From the human T2T-CHM13v2.0 reference genome, Homo sapiens: 64,000 nt of DNA. The first letter of the stretch is position 1; each line of letters starts with the position of its first letter. Location of the stretch: NCBI RefSeq assembly GCF_009914755.1, contig NC_060929.1; one strand, 5' to 3'. Both the position numbers and the translations under genes were made by a program. Below the pieces are notes generated by a model. The model had not been told where the DNA came from. It saw only the letters and a program-made list of their open reading frames with translations, and made no database searches. Shown here piece after piece: positions 1-17,156 of this stretch.

Positions 1-565
1 ATGCATCTGACAAAGGTCTAATATCCAGAATCTATAAGGAACTTCAACAAATCAACAAGCAAAGAAAAAACAACCCCAATAAAAAGTGAACAAAGGACAT
101 GAACAGACACTTCTCAAAAGAGGACATATAAGTGGCCAACAAACATGAAAAAATGCTCATCATCACTAACCATCAAAGAAATGCAAATCAAACCCACAAT
201 GAAATATTGTCTTATATGGGTCAGAATGGCTGTTACAAAGAAAGCAAAAAAACAAAACAAAACAAAAAAACAAAAACAGACGCTGGTGAGGCTGGGGAGA
301 AAAGGGAATGTTTATACACTGTTGGGGGGAATGTAAATTAGTTCAGGCACTGTGGAAAGCAGATGGAGATTTCTCAAAGAACTTAAAACAGAGCTACCAT
401 TCCATCCAGTGATTCCATTACTGGGAATATACTAAAAAAATGGATCGTTTTACCAAAAAGACACATGCACTCATATGTTCATTGCTTCATTATTCACAAT
501 AGCAAAGACATGGAATCAACAATGGAGGACTGGATAAACAATGTGGGAGATACATATATTATATA

Positions 566-588
566 TACACACACACACACACACACAC
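566..588. repeat. (CA)n microsatellite
   Basis: Run of CA dinucleotides following (TA)n. Confidence 0.9.
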
Positions 589-603
589 CCCACATTTATA
601 CAT

Positions 604-938
604 AGATATGGTTTGGCTGTGTCCCACCCAAATCTCAACTTGAATTCCCATATGTTGTGGAAGGGACTTGGTGGGAAGTAATTGAATCCCAGGGGCAGGT
701 CTTTCCTGTGCTGTTCTCATGATAGTGAATAAGTCTCATGAGATCTGATGATTATATAAGGGGGAGTTTCCCTGCACAAGCTCTCTTCTCTTGTCTGCTG
801 CCACATGAGACATGCCTTTCACCTTCTGCTGTGATTGTGAGGCATCCCCAGCCATGTGGAACTTTAAGTCCATTAAACATTGTTTTCTTCCCAGTCTCAG
901 GTATGTCTTCATCAGCAGAGTGAAAATGGACGAATACA
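604..938 (+). mobile_element. THE1 (ERVL-MaLR) solo LTR
   Basis: Starts gatatggtttggctgtgtccc and ends gaaaatggacgaataca, matching THE1 termini. Confidence 0.88.
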
Positions 939-1469
939 GTAAATATACCATGGATTACTATGCAGCCATAAAAAATAATAAAACCATGACTTTTGTAGCA
1001 ACAAGGATGGAGCTGGAGGACATAATACTAAGAATTAATGCAGGGGCAGAAAACCAAATAAGTGTGAGTTAATATTGAGCACATAATCATGGGAACAAGA
1101 CACTGTGGACTATTAGAGGGGGACAAGGGTAAAAAAACCTAACTGTTGAGTACCTTGCTCACTACCTGGGTGCAATACACCCATGCAACAAACCTGCACG
1201 TGTACCTCCTGTATCCAAAAGTTGAAAAAAAATTCAATGGGAAATAATTTTGTTCAGATCTATGAAAAGAAATAATCTGTCCAGGAGGGGCTTCTAAACT
1301 AAAAAGAGTGTATCACTGATGGAGTTTTTTGAGTGTTATGACTCAACCTCATTTCCTCCTTATGTTTTTACCTATATTATCTTGTGTATATGTTTTGTTA
1401 TAGCAGAACTAACTGTACCCTGAAAGTGTATAGTAATCTTTATCTTAATCATTCTTATTTTCTTTCCTC

Positions 1470-1735
1470 TTTTATTTATCTACTTTTAGAGACAAGGTCT
1501 TGCTCTGTCAACCAGGCTAGAGTGCACTGGGACTAATGGTATGTACCACCCCACCTGGGCAATTGTTTTATTTATTTATTTTTATAGATGAGGTCTTGAT
1601 ACTTTGCCCAGGCTGGTTTCAAACCCCTGGCCTCAAGTGGTCCTCCAACTTTGGCCTCATGAAGTGCTGAGATTACACGCTTAAAAAAAATAGTTTCTTG
1701 TAGAGATGAAGTCTCACTATGTTCAGGCTGGTCTC
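1470..1735 (-). mobile_element. Degenerate AluJ/FLAM fragments
   Basis: gagacaaggtcttgctctgtc...; ttgcccaggctggtttcaaacccctggcctcaagtg; internal deletions. Confidence 0.7.
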
Positions 1736-3125
1736 TAATGATTGACCATAAATTAATGTAACATAAAACAAATTTTATTATGTTTTCTATTCTCATCACT
1801 GCTTCTCAGATTTTGGGGGCATCAGAATCAACTCTTGAGGAGCATGTTGAAAATGCAAATTCAGTGATTCAACTCTGAAGGCTGTGATTCATTAGGCATC
1901 TCTATTTTTGACAGGCTCTCCAGGCAATTCTTATGTAACTAAGGTGTGAGGATGAGTACCCTATACCCTTCCACTAACATGTACTGATGACTACAATTTC
2001 ATGAGTCCTTATGAGTCTATTCTTATCACATGTACATAAGAATAAATGTGAAGAGCACTTATGCATCAACATGTGGTTTGTGGAGACACAGACGAGAAGC
2101 TAAAGGAGTCCCTAACGTCAAGGTGCTGACAATCTAACAGGAGAAGCAGATGTGCACGTAATCAATGAAAGCCTCCCACATTGATCTATAAATAATCACT
2201 TGAAAGTTTTAAGCATACAGATTTCCAGAGTTTTCCCAAGACCTACTGAACTAACTTCCCTAGAAAACAACTCTAGGAAGCTACATTTTACACTTGATTC
2301 TTGTGTGATTCTTAGGTGGCCAGCCTGGTATTTGTCAGCAAAATGGGTGAATTCACAATTGTATAAAGCAATTTATTAAAGATACAAACAAAATGCTATG
2401 GAAGACAGAATGATCAGATAAATTTCAACTCAGTTTGGTGGCTCCAAAGGTAGAACATTCTTGGTATGTTTGAGAAGCATCAAGGAGGGTCAGGTTGGCT
2501 GGGATGAATGTGGAGGGGGAAACAGTGCAACACAGGTGAACTGAATAGCTTGATGAATGACATATTTTATTCACTTAAAATATGTATATGACACTTACTA
2601 TTTGTGAGACACTGTTCAAGGTAGTTTGTAAGTCTTATCATATAAAAAGTTAAAGAACTACCATGGGCTAACACTTCTGATACTATTACAGGGAAATAAT
2701 GAGCCAGGTGCCCTAAAATAGTACAGGAGTAACTGTTTTAAGTTCAAACAAGGGTGAGATCACTACGGATATGATTGACCTGGGACAATCACTGCATCAC
2801 AGCAGTGGTAGGACATGAACCGCTCAGGGCCTTAGGAAAGAAAATAGATTACCTGATGCTATTTTAAAATAAATTTTTCTCTTCCCATATGTTCTCATTT
2901 CCCAAACATACCAGATCCTACCTATCTTTCTTTTGGCCTGTGTCCTTTGAGCCTGAAGGATGCAGCCATCCATGTTGCTGCAAAACACGTTTTATTCTTT
3001 TTTATGGCTGCATAGTAATCCACGAGACATTTACTGTATTAGTCTGTTTTCACGTGGCTGATAAAAACATACCCAAGTCTGGGAAGGAAAAAAGCTTCCC
3101 AGGGACTGAGCCCCTGCAAGTTTTA

Positions 3126-3392
<267 letters not shown>

Positions 3393-3738
3393 CTAATCCT
3401 GTGGACCACTATAGGGGATAAGAAACTGGACTGGGATGATTCGAATAAGTCTAAAATGAATATACTCTCGCCTGTTTAAATGTAAACAGCCAGGATGGTC
3501 CTGTGGGATGATCAGGCCTTCAGAGAGGTAACTGGGAGAAGCTTTTGTTTATTATATATACTTATCAGGCCCCTTTCCTTCAGGGAAAGCAGAGTATGCA
3601 TGAGAGGAGCTATTCATGAGGGCCGAGCGGTTGGTAGAGGGACAAACTTAGGCACATGCAGAGCGCATTTAGGATCTTCCAGATCAGCTTTAGGGTCAGA
3701 GAAAATAAAGTAGACTTTTCATATAGCTAATCATCCTA

Positions 3739-3990
<252 letters not shown>

Positions 3991-4024
3991 CTAAAATCAG
4001 AAAAGGTATGACATTTTGAGTTTA

Positions 4025-4640
4025 ACCATTTATTTATTCAACAAATATTTACTGAGCACCTATTATGTGCCAGGTATCCTTTAGGTGCTGGGGGTACAGT
4101 AGTTTGCAGAACATACCAAAGTCCCCATCTTTGTAAGGTATACAACCAGGAGAACTGACAGGGAAGCAACAGGGAAGTGAAATAAGTAAACACATCAATT
4201 CAGTAAACAGGTAAATATACAGTGTGCCAGATGGTGATGAGTGCTATGAAGATAAGTAAAGCAGGAGTAGGTAGTGAGGATTGGGGGAAGTTTGCATTAT
4301 TAAAATAGGATAGTCAGAGATGGTCTCACGGACAAGGTGACAATGAGCAGAGCCTTGAAATGAGTGAGGGAGTGAGCCATTAGACTATCTGGAAAGGAGA
4401 GTTTCAATCAGAGAGAAGGTAAGTGCAAAGCTCCCGAAGTCCACTGAGAGGGCTGAGGGAGCAGTCAGGGAGGAGAGCAGTGCAAAATGAGTCAGACAGG
4501 AGGTGGCGGGTTCATTACAGTAGGGCCTTTTAGGCCGTCCCCAAGATTTTGGACTTGTAATCTATGATTGCTGGGAAGCTAATGGAGGTTTTTTTTCAGC
4601 TTGAATTGACTGATGCTTTTAAAGAATCATTCTGTTCCTG
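4025..4640 (-). mobile_element. L2 3' remnant
   Basis: catttatttattcaacaaatatttactgagcacctattatgtgccagg is the hallmark L2 terminus. Confidence 0.75.
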
Positions 4641-5098
4641 AAACTTTACTGTATCTTAAGAGGCTAAATTTCTGAAAGTTGGCAGTTCTTGTTTCACACT
4701 CTGAGGTTATATATTCCCTCTGTCCCCACCTCTCTTGTCCAAAGCTGATTTCACCAGAGTTCCTTCATGGCAATTTGTTCCTGAAACCTGTTATATGTCA
4801 TTCAGTGGCATAACCCTGCCAGAGCCATCATGAAAACTCGTAGACTAGACCATTCTTGTAGAGTCTAGATAATAATCGTTCTAGTATGAAGCTAGAATCA
4901 GAACTCTGGCCTCACATGATTGAAAGCATTATGCTTAGGAGATTGAAAACCAAGTAGGCTCAGTGGGTTATGAAAGTCACGTGTTAACACTTTATTCATC
5001 CAGAGGTCATTTATTAAGCGACTTGAGTATGTAAGACATATTCAAGGACTTAAAGTTAAGTAAAAAAGGTATTTGAGAAGCTCAATTGGACGTCACAA

Positions 5099-5399
5099 TT
5101 TTTATTTTTTTTATTTTTTGAGATGGAGTCTCACACTGTCACCCAGGCTGGAGTGCAATGGTGCGATCTCGGCTCACTGCAACCTCCCCTCCTGGGTTCA
5201 CGCGATTCTCTTGCCTCAGCCTCCCGAGTAGCTGGGATTACAGGTGTACATCACCACACCCGACTAATTTTTTGTATTTTCAGTAGAGATGGGGTTTCAC
5301 TATGTTAGCCAGACTGGTCTCGAACTCCTGACCTCGTGATCTGCCTGCCTCAGCCTCCCAAAATGCTGGGATTACAGTTGTGAACCACTGTGCCCGGCC
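5099..5399 (-). mobile_element. AluS
   Basis: Full dimeric Alu with poly-T at left. Confidence 0.95.
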
Positions 5400-5751
5400 A
5401 TGATTTATTTTTTAAAGTTTGTGAAACCCTCAGACCTTGAATGAGAGTCTTATATGCTTATATTTAAAATCAACTTACTTTGTTTCCTAACCTATACCAG
5501 AGATAAGATGGAAAAAATGATATTAGAGATGGTGCCAACAGCAATAAATGATAATATCTGACAAGAAAAAGGAAATAATAGTAATATAAAAGCAGTTTCA
5601 AAAGTTCAGTAAAGTCTAGTGGTTTCTGGCCATTTAATGTGTGAGAAAGAACCCTAAATATCTTATAATTTCTGAGGAGAAAATATAACACACTATACTT
5701 TTTTTATACTGGTGGTCTTTATCAGCTTGGGAACTATTTTTTGTTGGTTTA

Positions 5752-6108
<357 letters not shown>

Positions 6109-6496
6109 TTATATATGCTCTATAGCCACAGGCTATGGTAGGAAGTAAGTAGAGCTTTGCAGAAGCACTTTAGGTTATCTTTACATTCTCTCTAGATTAG
6201 TCTAGATTAGTCTATAAGTAATTTCAGCTTGTAAATTCAATCATTTTGATGCTCACAATCATGCTCTAAGTCAAGCCAAGGTCTGGTTAGGTAAGAATTA
6301 TTGAAATTCATTTTTCAATATTTTCATAAACTTGGTTAAAAATGAAGTATTGATTTTAAATAGAAAAGCCTAACTTTTCCGAAAAATTCTGTTAGGCTAT
6401 TCTGAGTGTATTAATTGATAATTATGATTAAGTAGAACATTATTATAAAAGCTGTCAGAGGTTTTGTGGATAGGATTAGTTGTGTTGTTATCATCA

Positions 6497-6751
<255 letters not shown>

Positions 6752-7032
6752 TTAATAACCATGTACCTCAAGTATTCTCTCTTCTTGAGAGTGTTTCCTT
6801 CCTCCAGGCTCTGCCCTCCATCTGTGCCCTCCTATATTCCTCTCTACCTTGTGTCCTGCCACTAAAATATACTTCACCCCCCATTGTAATTTTTTATTTT
6901 CTTGCTTGTCTCCATGCTTAGGATTTGGGTTCATTGTAGCAGAGGGTCTTATTCATTATTTCCACTGTATAGTTCCTGATTGTTAATATGTGCTCAACAA
7001 ATGCTCAATGAACATGCTCAATAAAAAGAGGG

Positions 7033-7339
<307 letters not shown>

Positions 7340-8119
7340 CATTATTTTGAAGATGGCTTTAATTTGTTTTATAAGGTTCAAATCATTCCTAGCTATATAG
7401 TAACAGATTGGCATTTATTTAGAATCCCCATATTGTCACACACAAGAGACAAAACTGGCTAATTGGTGGTCCAGGTCAAGGACTCTGCACAGCTGGCAGG
7501 ACTTTTCCTAATGAGTGGTCATTACTGACAATAGGAAAATCTGTGGAGCAGGAGGAAAGGAAATTCTAATAGACACAGACCAAGTTAAATTAGTACATTC
7601 AGGAGTAATGTGCATATCAATCTGGCTTGAAATGAGAGGGGGGCATAAAGTTAAAAAGAGGTGGAGCAGTTGCTGTTATCTCAACTCCCAGAGTGACAGT
7701 GGCCTCAATCAGAGTGAGAATCTGACCAGGTTGCATCACCCCACTTTCACTTATTCAGGCCAAAGTCCCTATAATAAGGAAATTATAGTGGAGAAAACTG
7801 TGTACAATACAGAAGTAAATACGAATTGGGGACAAAGCTGCTAAAGTCTATTTAAGCCCACCTTGGGGGAAAGACTGGAAAGAATCTGGGAAAGTCTTGT
7901 GCTGCAGGAAAAAATTGGTCATGAAGGGAAAGTTTGACTTAGGTGTAAAATGTTAGTCTTAGTGCCTCCCAGTCCTGCTGACCTGTTGCTTCTCTGTGGA
8001 TTTTGGTCCAGTGCATAGTACATCCCTGCTTTAAGGCTTCACATGGAATCCAAGAAATTAGAAGCCTAGCATTGGGAGAAAATGTGGTAGAGTGCAAAAA
8101 TAGCAACTTTTCCATCCTA

Positions 8120-8870
<751 letters not shown>

Positions 8871-9289
8871 ACATTCTTACTTTACTCTTGTTCGGTGTAA
8901 GGCTTGAGAACATCTAGGCAGCTAATTACTGAAATTGCTCTGCCTACCGGTACCACCATTATTCTAGAGTAATCTTGTGGGTCTGGAAGCTGTTGAATAA
9001 ATAGCATGATATGAGGTGCACAGAGCTAGTTTGTGTTATAAGAAGATGGAGCATTACTCGCCAAATTTTCCTAATGTGTGTTGGCAGGTTTGGTAAACCC
9101 ATTTGGAGAATCAGTACTCTGCACCAAATTAGAGAGTCGATCAATGAGGAGAATTTTGAAAATTACATATGTGAGTTGAAGATTGATAATGATTACTTTG
9201 TGGAAAGAAATACTGAGTACTGGAACTGAGAAACTTAAATATTTTTCCAGGAAAATAAACTTATGAATGGTATTAGCATAATAAAGACC

Positions 9290-9520
9290 ATGATCAAAGC
9301 TACTTTTATATGGAGCACATGCCCTATGTCAAGCACTTCACCAGGGACTTTATATACTTTATCTCATTGAACCCTCAGAATACTACAACCCTCAGAGGTG
9401 GGTATTGTTTCTATTTTATTGATGAGTATGGTGAGAATCCAGAGAGATAAAATAATTTACCTAAGGCCCCACTAGTAGTAATAAGGGGAAACTGGCTTCA
9501 AACCCCATTTGGAATGGATG
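9290..9520 (-). mobile_element. MIR
   Basis: MIR core: ttttattgatgag...aataatttacctaagg...ggcttcaaacccc. Confidence 0.65.
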
Positions 9521-10151
9521 GCTACAAGGTGGAAGCTTAGGTAGGGGCCATTTAGAGACAGAGGGATAGAAGAACTGACTTTAAAAACATGGAAAGGAAT
9601 AATGTTTGAAAAATACTTTATTGCTCTGATTTGTCCTGTTAACTGACACATGGCTGTGGGTCCTTTAATCATTGTTATCCATGGCCATACCTCTTTGTCA
9701 CTGGAAATAAAAACCTATTTCTTTGGGCGCCCTTTCCTAGAACTGGCTTTTGAGTACTCTTTTAGCTATAAGCTTTTGTTAAATTGTAGTAGATTTCTTT
9801 TTGATTGCCAGCCTCACAAGACTGGCATAATGGAAGCCAGGACAGAAGCTGACATTAAGCACTGCTGTTAGCCTTCCAGTATCTATTCTTCTTCCTCCTG
9901 TAGAAAGAACCTCTGAATATTAGTTAGGCACATATCTATCTTATCTACCTCTCAGTCTTCCTCGCAGATACCTGTGGCCATATGAGTAAATTTGGGCTAA
10001 AAGTGAGGTGCAGAGAAGGTCATATTCAACTTTCAGCTAGTGGCCTTAAAAAGAGGGAACTCTTTTTTTTTTAAATGTTCCTCCCTCCCTTTGATTGTAA
10101 TACAGACAAGATGGAGCTAGAGCAGCCATTTTGGATCATAGGTAAAAGCTA

Positions 10152-10358
<207 letters not shown>

Positions 10359-12152
10359 TTATCTTTTAAAAGTTTAAATATATTTTAAATAGTATTATTC
10401 CCTTTTCCATAAAATAACTAATTCCTTCGAAACTTTCCTCTTAGTTTATTCTAAAAAACATTTTCTGATATGTTCTGAATTTGCACTGAGAATAAGATAC
10501 ACAGAATGTGGAAAATCAACTTCCTTTTCTTCCTTTAAATAAATATTGCTAAAAGACCTAAAATATAAACTAATCCAATCTGAAACTTAAAGTTGGCATT
10601 TTTCTAGTTTCGGTAGATTTGGAAAAACTCCATTTGTTGATATTAACTTAACTGATTACATACTAAAAAAAAAAAACCCCAAACACGATGGAGATTTTTG
10701 GAATCAAGAATTAAATGTCTTAAAGAACAGGCACATTTTGATGTACAGGTACATTTCTGCAAACTTCAACTCTAGTAACTAAAGATTCCTGGTTTTACTG
10801 ATACCTATGAGACAGGGTCACAATCAGTCCTTTGAACCCATGTCCTTCTTCTTTGAACAATACATAGAAAAGTGTTTTTTTTTTCTTTTGGACAAACACA
10901 TTGCAATATATATATTATCTCTCCTATATTTTTTCAACTTTAAGCTTAGAAAAGGACACAATGCCAAACAAAACCAATGAAAGGATGTGTATGCCTGTTC
11001 TTAACAGGAGCTCATTCATGGGTTCTTTAAAGAAATTAAACAGTTTCGGAAATTTAAGAGAAGAAGACATGTGCAGACAGTTTTGGAAAAAAAAGACCAG
11101 AAAATATTCAAAATTGGAAGAGGAGAAGGAACTGTTGTCAAGACTTCCTACTAGAAAAAAAAATATTTTTCTCCCTAGTAAAGACAGTTATTTTAAAATG
11201 GTAGCAGAAGGAAATCTGGTAGGAATTTTGGGAGAGGGAAGGGAACATAAAAGAACCATAAATATAGGAGGAGAGGTGGATCCTAGAATTGAGGACCAGG
11301 AGAGTAGAGCAGTCACTTTCAAATCTTATACTGGATAAGAATCACTGATGGAAACCTTTAAAACATGCCAGTTCTCAGGTACCACCCCCAGAGATTCTGA
11401 ATCTGGAAGGGAGATAGGAGGCAGAGGGAGTACTGTGGAGAGATCATTGAAAATTGACTCTTCTAAGAAGCCATAGGTAATTCCTAGGTAGATGCCTTAT
11501 AAACTGAAAACCTTCTATATTAAAAGCTCCCTGTCTGTGGGCTTCGTCCCTCCTGCAAGTTTCTGAAGTCACATCTTTGTAAAGCCAATGTCCACTGCCT
11601 GTCTGCAATTAACTATTTCTGGGATTTGGTATCACTTGTGGCACTGTTTAGTTGTAAAGCTCCAAGAAGTTTATGGGTGAGAGAGGAAATTCGTTTTTGG
11701 AAATGGATAAAATGTGGCCCTTTGTTTTTTGGATATTAGGAAAAAGACATTAAGCCACAAATAGAAGAGGAAATACAGTTGTGTTTAGGGGCATGGAAGT
11801 GGAAATTATATTCATCTGCTTTTCATTATGTGGCTGGTAAAAGAACAAAGTTGCAAGAAGTAAAAACTTGAAAATTAGAGAAGATTTAAGAAAGACACAG
11901 GAAAAATATTGCTAAGTAAAATCTTCAAAACTGTCTGAAACTGAATCAAGTGGATTTAAGATTGTAGTTCAAATTATGGCTATTTAAAGAACATTATCCT
12001 TGAGTGATCACTTCTAACATTCTAATTCTTTTCCAAAGAAAGGAAAAGGTTGTTTATTATCCTCAGGAATCTAGTTCCTTTAATTTAGGATGGGTAACTT
12101 CAGCTGATTTCATCATGCCATTATTAAAAATTATTCTAGAAGCCAGCCTTAC

Positions 12153-12196
12153 CTGAAGCAGCATGGTTTCCCATAGAACGGTACTGATGTTCTTTC
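12153..12196 (-). CDS. MROH2B: MROH2B exon 17 (GKNISTVLWETMLLQ)
   Basis: ttctag acceptor, CAG|GTAAGG donor, 44 nt. Confidence 0.94.
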
Positions 12197-12711
12197 CTAG
12201 AAACAAAAATTGATGTAATAATCGCAAAAAAACAAAACCACCCCAAGACTCAAATTCTCCCCTCCAGGCCTCCAGTGATACTGGAGTTCTATTTTAAGCT
12301 TTCTTTTTGCTCATAATGCTTATTTGAGATCAAATTTACTACACTGGCAACTTTAAAGTGCTAGGTAGAGAGAAGGTCTTCAATCTATCATAAAAATCTA
12401 GGCTTTTTGCTAATTTTGATGACTACTGAAATGACCATATTTTGATATTCTAACATGATTAATAACTTTTTAGAACAATGCTAAAATAGAATTTCTCTAG
12501 ATACAAGAAAAAGACGAGAGCAAAAGTAAAAATTCCTGCTAAGAATGTTACCTACTAGGTCTTCTTGTAGTATGAATATTGGCAAGAAACAGAACATAAG
12601 GAGTTAAGAAGAAAAAAATAGCTATCTACCTTGCATATCAAGTTCATCATTTTTATTGCCTAAAATGAGCATTAATGGCTTTACACAGAGAAACGGTGCA
12701 TTATTTCTTTA

Positions 12712-12939
<228 letters not shown>

Positions 12940-13532
12940 TTAAAAGCCCCACTTATTTTTCCCTTTTTACCATTGTTCCAATTCCTTTGATTTCTGCATT
13001 GGATAATCTTTTAACAAATCATCACAGTCTATTCTTATTTATTCTAGAATGAAGCTAATACTTAGATAGCCCTTCTCCCATTTCTTTTTCCCTGAGGATG
13101 AAGGTGAAAAAAATACATGGAAAGCACCAACCAAAAATAAGTGGAAAGAATTAACACTTAGATATATCAATTAATTAAATAAAGGCATGAGGAAATAGTG
13201 CTTGAGTAAATCATCCATATGGGGCCAAAGAGAGAGATGGGAAATCCAAATAACAGATGTGGAATTTGTTTAATGGTACTTATGAATGAGATTCAATATA
13301 TGCTTACTTTAAAATTATAAGTAAAGTTCAACAAGTATTTCAGAGTGGGAAGGTAATCATGTCAATAATAAATATTCATGAATGTCACTAGTATAGCAGA
13401 AAATTTATTATGCCTTTTTAGTGTTTCTTTTTGTTTGGAGTATCTATGTAATTTATATTAGCACTTATTTGGAACTGAACTATCCTTATCAGCTTAAATT
13501 TGTTCTACTTTGGTTCTTAGTAACTCACTCAC

Positions 13533-13573
13533 CAGAAGTCTGGCCAGTAGCTGCTGTGGTGAAGGAAGTTTCA
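13533..13573 (-). CDS. MROH2B: MROH2B exon 15 (VKLPSPQQLLARLL)
   Basis: ttctag acceptor, CTG|GTGAGT donor, 41 nt; LPSP..LLARLL motif typical of MROH proteins. Confidence 0.94.
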
Positions 13574-13673
13574 CTAGAAAGAGAAAGCAATTTTCATCAT
13601 CACTGCAGGGGTTAGAGATTGGGGTTGGGTTTAAGGTCAAAGCACTGTAGCCTTCCTGGAAATGGATCCCTCA

Positions 13674-13913
<240 letters not shown>

Positions 13914-14067
13914 TTATTTCTCCCTGGTCCTCACTGCATGTTTTTCTCTGATTTAGAAGCTTTTCTCCTGTTATTATTTTGCTTTTTGGGCCAAGTCAAG
14001 ATGAGATCATTAAAGGAAGCCTCTGCACAGCACATTGATTTTCAGGTGTTAGCTGTAGTGAGTGTTG

Positions 14068-14278
14068 GTCAGTATTTCTCCATGGGGACGTTGCTGGAAT
14101 GTGGGGCAGGACAATTCTTTGTTGTGAGGGACTGCTCGAGACACTAGGGGAATGCTAGCATCCCTGAGCCCCACTTACCAAGTGCCAGTATTCCTCTTGT
14201 CAATGTGACAACCAAAAATCCCCCAAGTACTTCCCAAAACTCCAGGATTGGAGTGTGACTTCCCCAGTTGAGAAGCTT
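14068..14278. mobile_element. MER20-like hAT-Charlie DNA transposon relic
   Basis: ggacaattctttgttgtgaggga...tgtgacaaccaaaaat...ccagttgagaa. Confidence 0.6.
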
Positions 14279-15225
14279 GGGAGAGGATAGTGAATGGGCT
14301 GCTGCTGTCCTCTGTGCTTCAGGCTCTGACCTGCCTGCTCTGGAAGTCTGAAACATTGTGGTTTCTTTAGTATGTTTTATGTCCCTTAGAAAACTCTCTT
14401 GTCCTAATGGAAACCTTGGTGTCAACTTGTACTCTTCTCTCTTCTTTGTCATCTATATTTAATCACCAGACTCAGTCCTTTTTTCATTGTAAGATGTCTC
14501 CTGCCCTTTCATGTCTCATTTCTATTGCAATGATATTGCTGTAATTGCTACAAGTTGCATCTGATCTCCTATATAGTCTCTTTGCTCTTAGTCTACTCAT
14601 GTGTGAATCTACTGATTCCCTACAATTATCGTTTTAAATGTTTAGCTCTTGCTTAAAATTTTCATTGGTTTATCAACCATAAGGTAAAAGTTTGGCATTC
14701 CAGGCCCTTTAGGGTTGGACCCTAGATTATTTTTTTCATCATTCACTTCTATATCAGAAGGTCTTAAACTTTAGTATGTATCAGAAATATTGGAACTTAG
14801 TTGATTGTAGACTTTTGGTCTCTATGTCCAGTTTTGCTGATTCAGTAGGTCTGGTGTGTGACCTGGAAATCTGCATTTTAAGTAAATATCCCAGCTAACT
14901 CAGGATGAAGCTAGATGAAGCCTCTGATCTACCACTTAAAAGGTGTGGTCAGTTGGTTGTCTTCTGGCTGTGCTATGTACTTCCGGGCACTACAGATTCC
15001 AAGGCTCTTCCCCTTGAGTTTCAAATGATCAGGTCTCCAGTGAGGCCTGAGAATGGCTGCTTTTAACACATTCCCAGGTGGAATAGGGTAAGTTTGGCAT
15101 TGGTTGCTTTAAAACCACTACTTAATATTACTGTATGCATTAGAGGAAGAAGAGAAATAGTATATTAATATTATATATATAAATTGTCATGAACTATCCA
15201 GATGTAAGATACTTTATATTAATTA

Positions 15226-15534
<309 letters not shown>

Positions 15535-15942
15535 TCAAACAGGTGACTTGTTAATGACTCCTAAGGTTGGTCCCCTCTGACTTTCCTTGGGTGTGTTCTT
15601 AGACTCTGGAGTAGAGGATGTAGTCACTCAACTTAAGGGGCTCATGGAACCTAGATATCTTGGCCTTCAACATCTAATCCCTGTTTGAAAGGGCCCCTTG
15701 GAGGAATTAGTTGGAAAACACAACGCTTGCTAAAAGAGAGAAACAGAAATTGTGAGGCTCCTTCAACTGCAGATATCCCCTCTCTTTCTCAGGCCTTTGC
15801 CATTTTCTTCAGGGCAAATTTTTCAAAGCATGCTTCTTTGTGGAGTGAACTGTTATTTCAGTTGTGACTAATTTGCTAAAATCACAGAGATCATAAGCTT
15901 GTATTTTTCAGCCTATTTATCAAAAGAAAGCTGACCTCAATT

Positions 15943-16479
15943 GTGTGATCTGAGTGTTTGTGTTTTCCCAAAATTCATATGTTGAAATCTGAACACCCAA
16001 GGTGACGGTATTAGTAGATGTGGTCTTTGGAAGGTGATTAGGTCATAAGAGAAAGTCCCTAGTGTTTGGAATTCATGCCCTCATGAAGGAGACCCTGGAG
16101 AGCTAGCTAGTCCCTTCCACTAGGTAAGGACACAGTGAGAAAGCACCATCTGTTAGGAAGCAGGCACTCATTAGACAATCTTGGACTTCCCCGCATCTTG
16201 AACTGTGAGAAATAAATATTTTTTGTTTATAAAACATCATTTTATGCTATTTTCCTTTCTATATGGTGCTTTTAAAGGATTTTAAAAGCATGCTCCATCA
16301 GCATACAGCTTTTTCTCATTCATATAACAGATACATTTCTGTTTGTGTACAGCAAAGGGTTAGAACCCTAATAAACTTATTTATGATTTCAGAAGTGTGC
16401 TATTTTAGAAATGCACTTCATAGAACTTACTTCACTGTTCCATGGTATTTTGCTATAGCAGCCTGAATGAACTAAGACA
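15943..16479 (+). mobile_element. MLT1A/MST-type MaLR LTR with internal insert
   Basis: aaaattcatatgttgaaatc...aactgtgagaaataaat...tatagcagcctgaatgaactaagaca. Confidence 0.75.
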
Positions 16480-16871
16480 CCATTGCAGCAAGAATTGATA
16501 TCTCTATTGCTTTCTCGGAAGCAATCCAGTCTCTGTGTCCCTCTCCAGACAACCCCAATCCAAGCTTTTGGTGGCTGGGTTAACTTAGGGAAAACTGATT
16601 TAACCTATCTTGTGTTTATTATAAGTTAGAGGTGATTTTAGAAAAAAAAAAAAAAGAACTGAGAAAACTAGAGGCTGTAAAAATTATCAATAAAAGTGAT
16701 AAGATTAAAATATGACTTCAAAATCAGTTATTTAATTGAATTCCAGTTATTTTTAATTTTTTTAAAATTTATTTATTTATTTTTTACTCTACTCCTGTGA
16801 CAGATTAAGGATCCTAATCATTTTTTAAAAAGAAACATAGTTGAGCGAACTGTACTTTTTATAGTGCATCA

Positions 16872-17018
<147 letters not shown>

Positions 17019-17156
17019 CTAGGGTAAGAACAATGCAATAGCAACATTTTACTATGTTTTGCAGAAGGGAAATTTACCTTATTTTATTCTATAATCTTAA
17101 GGATAATTAAGTGGGAACATTTTTGAAAAAGGAACATAAATTGAATAGTGTTAATA

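Larger units (their letters stand above)
1..1232 (+). mobile_element. Old primate L1 3' end (L1PA16/L1PB/L1MA-like), interrupted by a THE1 LTR
   Basis: Degenerate ORF2 C-terminus (MKKCSSSL.IKEMQIK, YTMDYYAAIKN), 3'UTR and A tail near 1225-1232. Confidence 0.85.

Noticed and set aside
6191-6214. Short tandem (tctagattag)x2.4
   Set aside because: Ordinary slippage duplication; not an array and has no spacers.
10901-11338. 145-aa plus-strand ORF antisense within intron 17
   Set aside because: TTG start, A-rich, no recognisable domain. About one ORF of this length is expected by chance in 64 kb across six frames.
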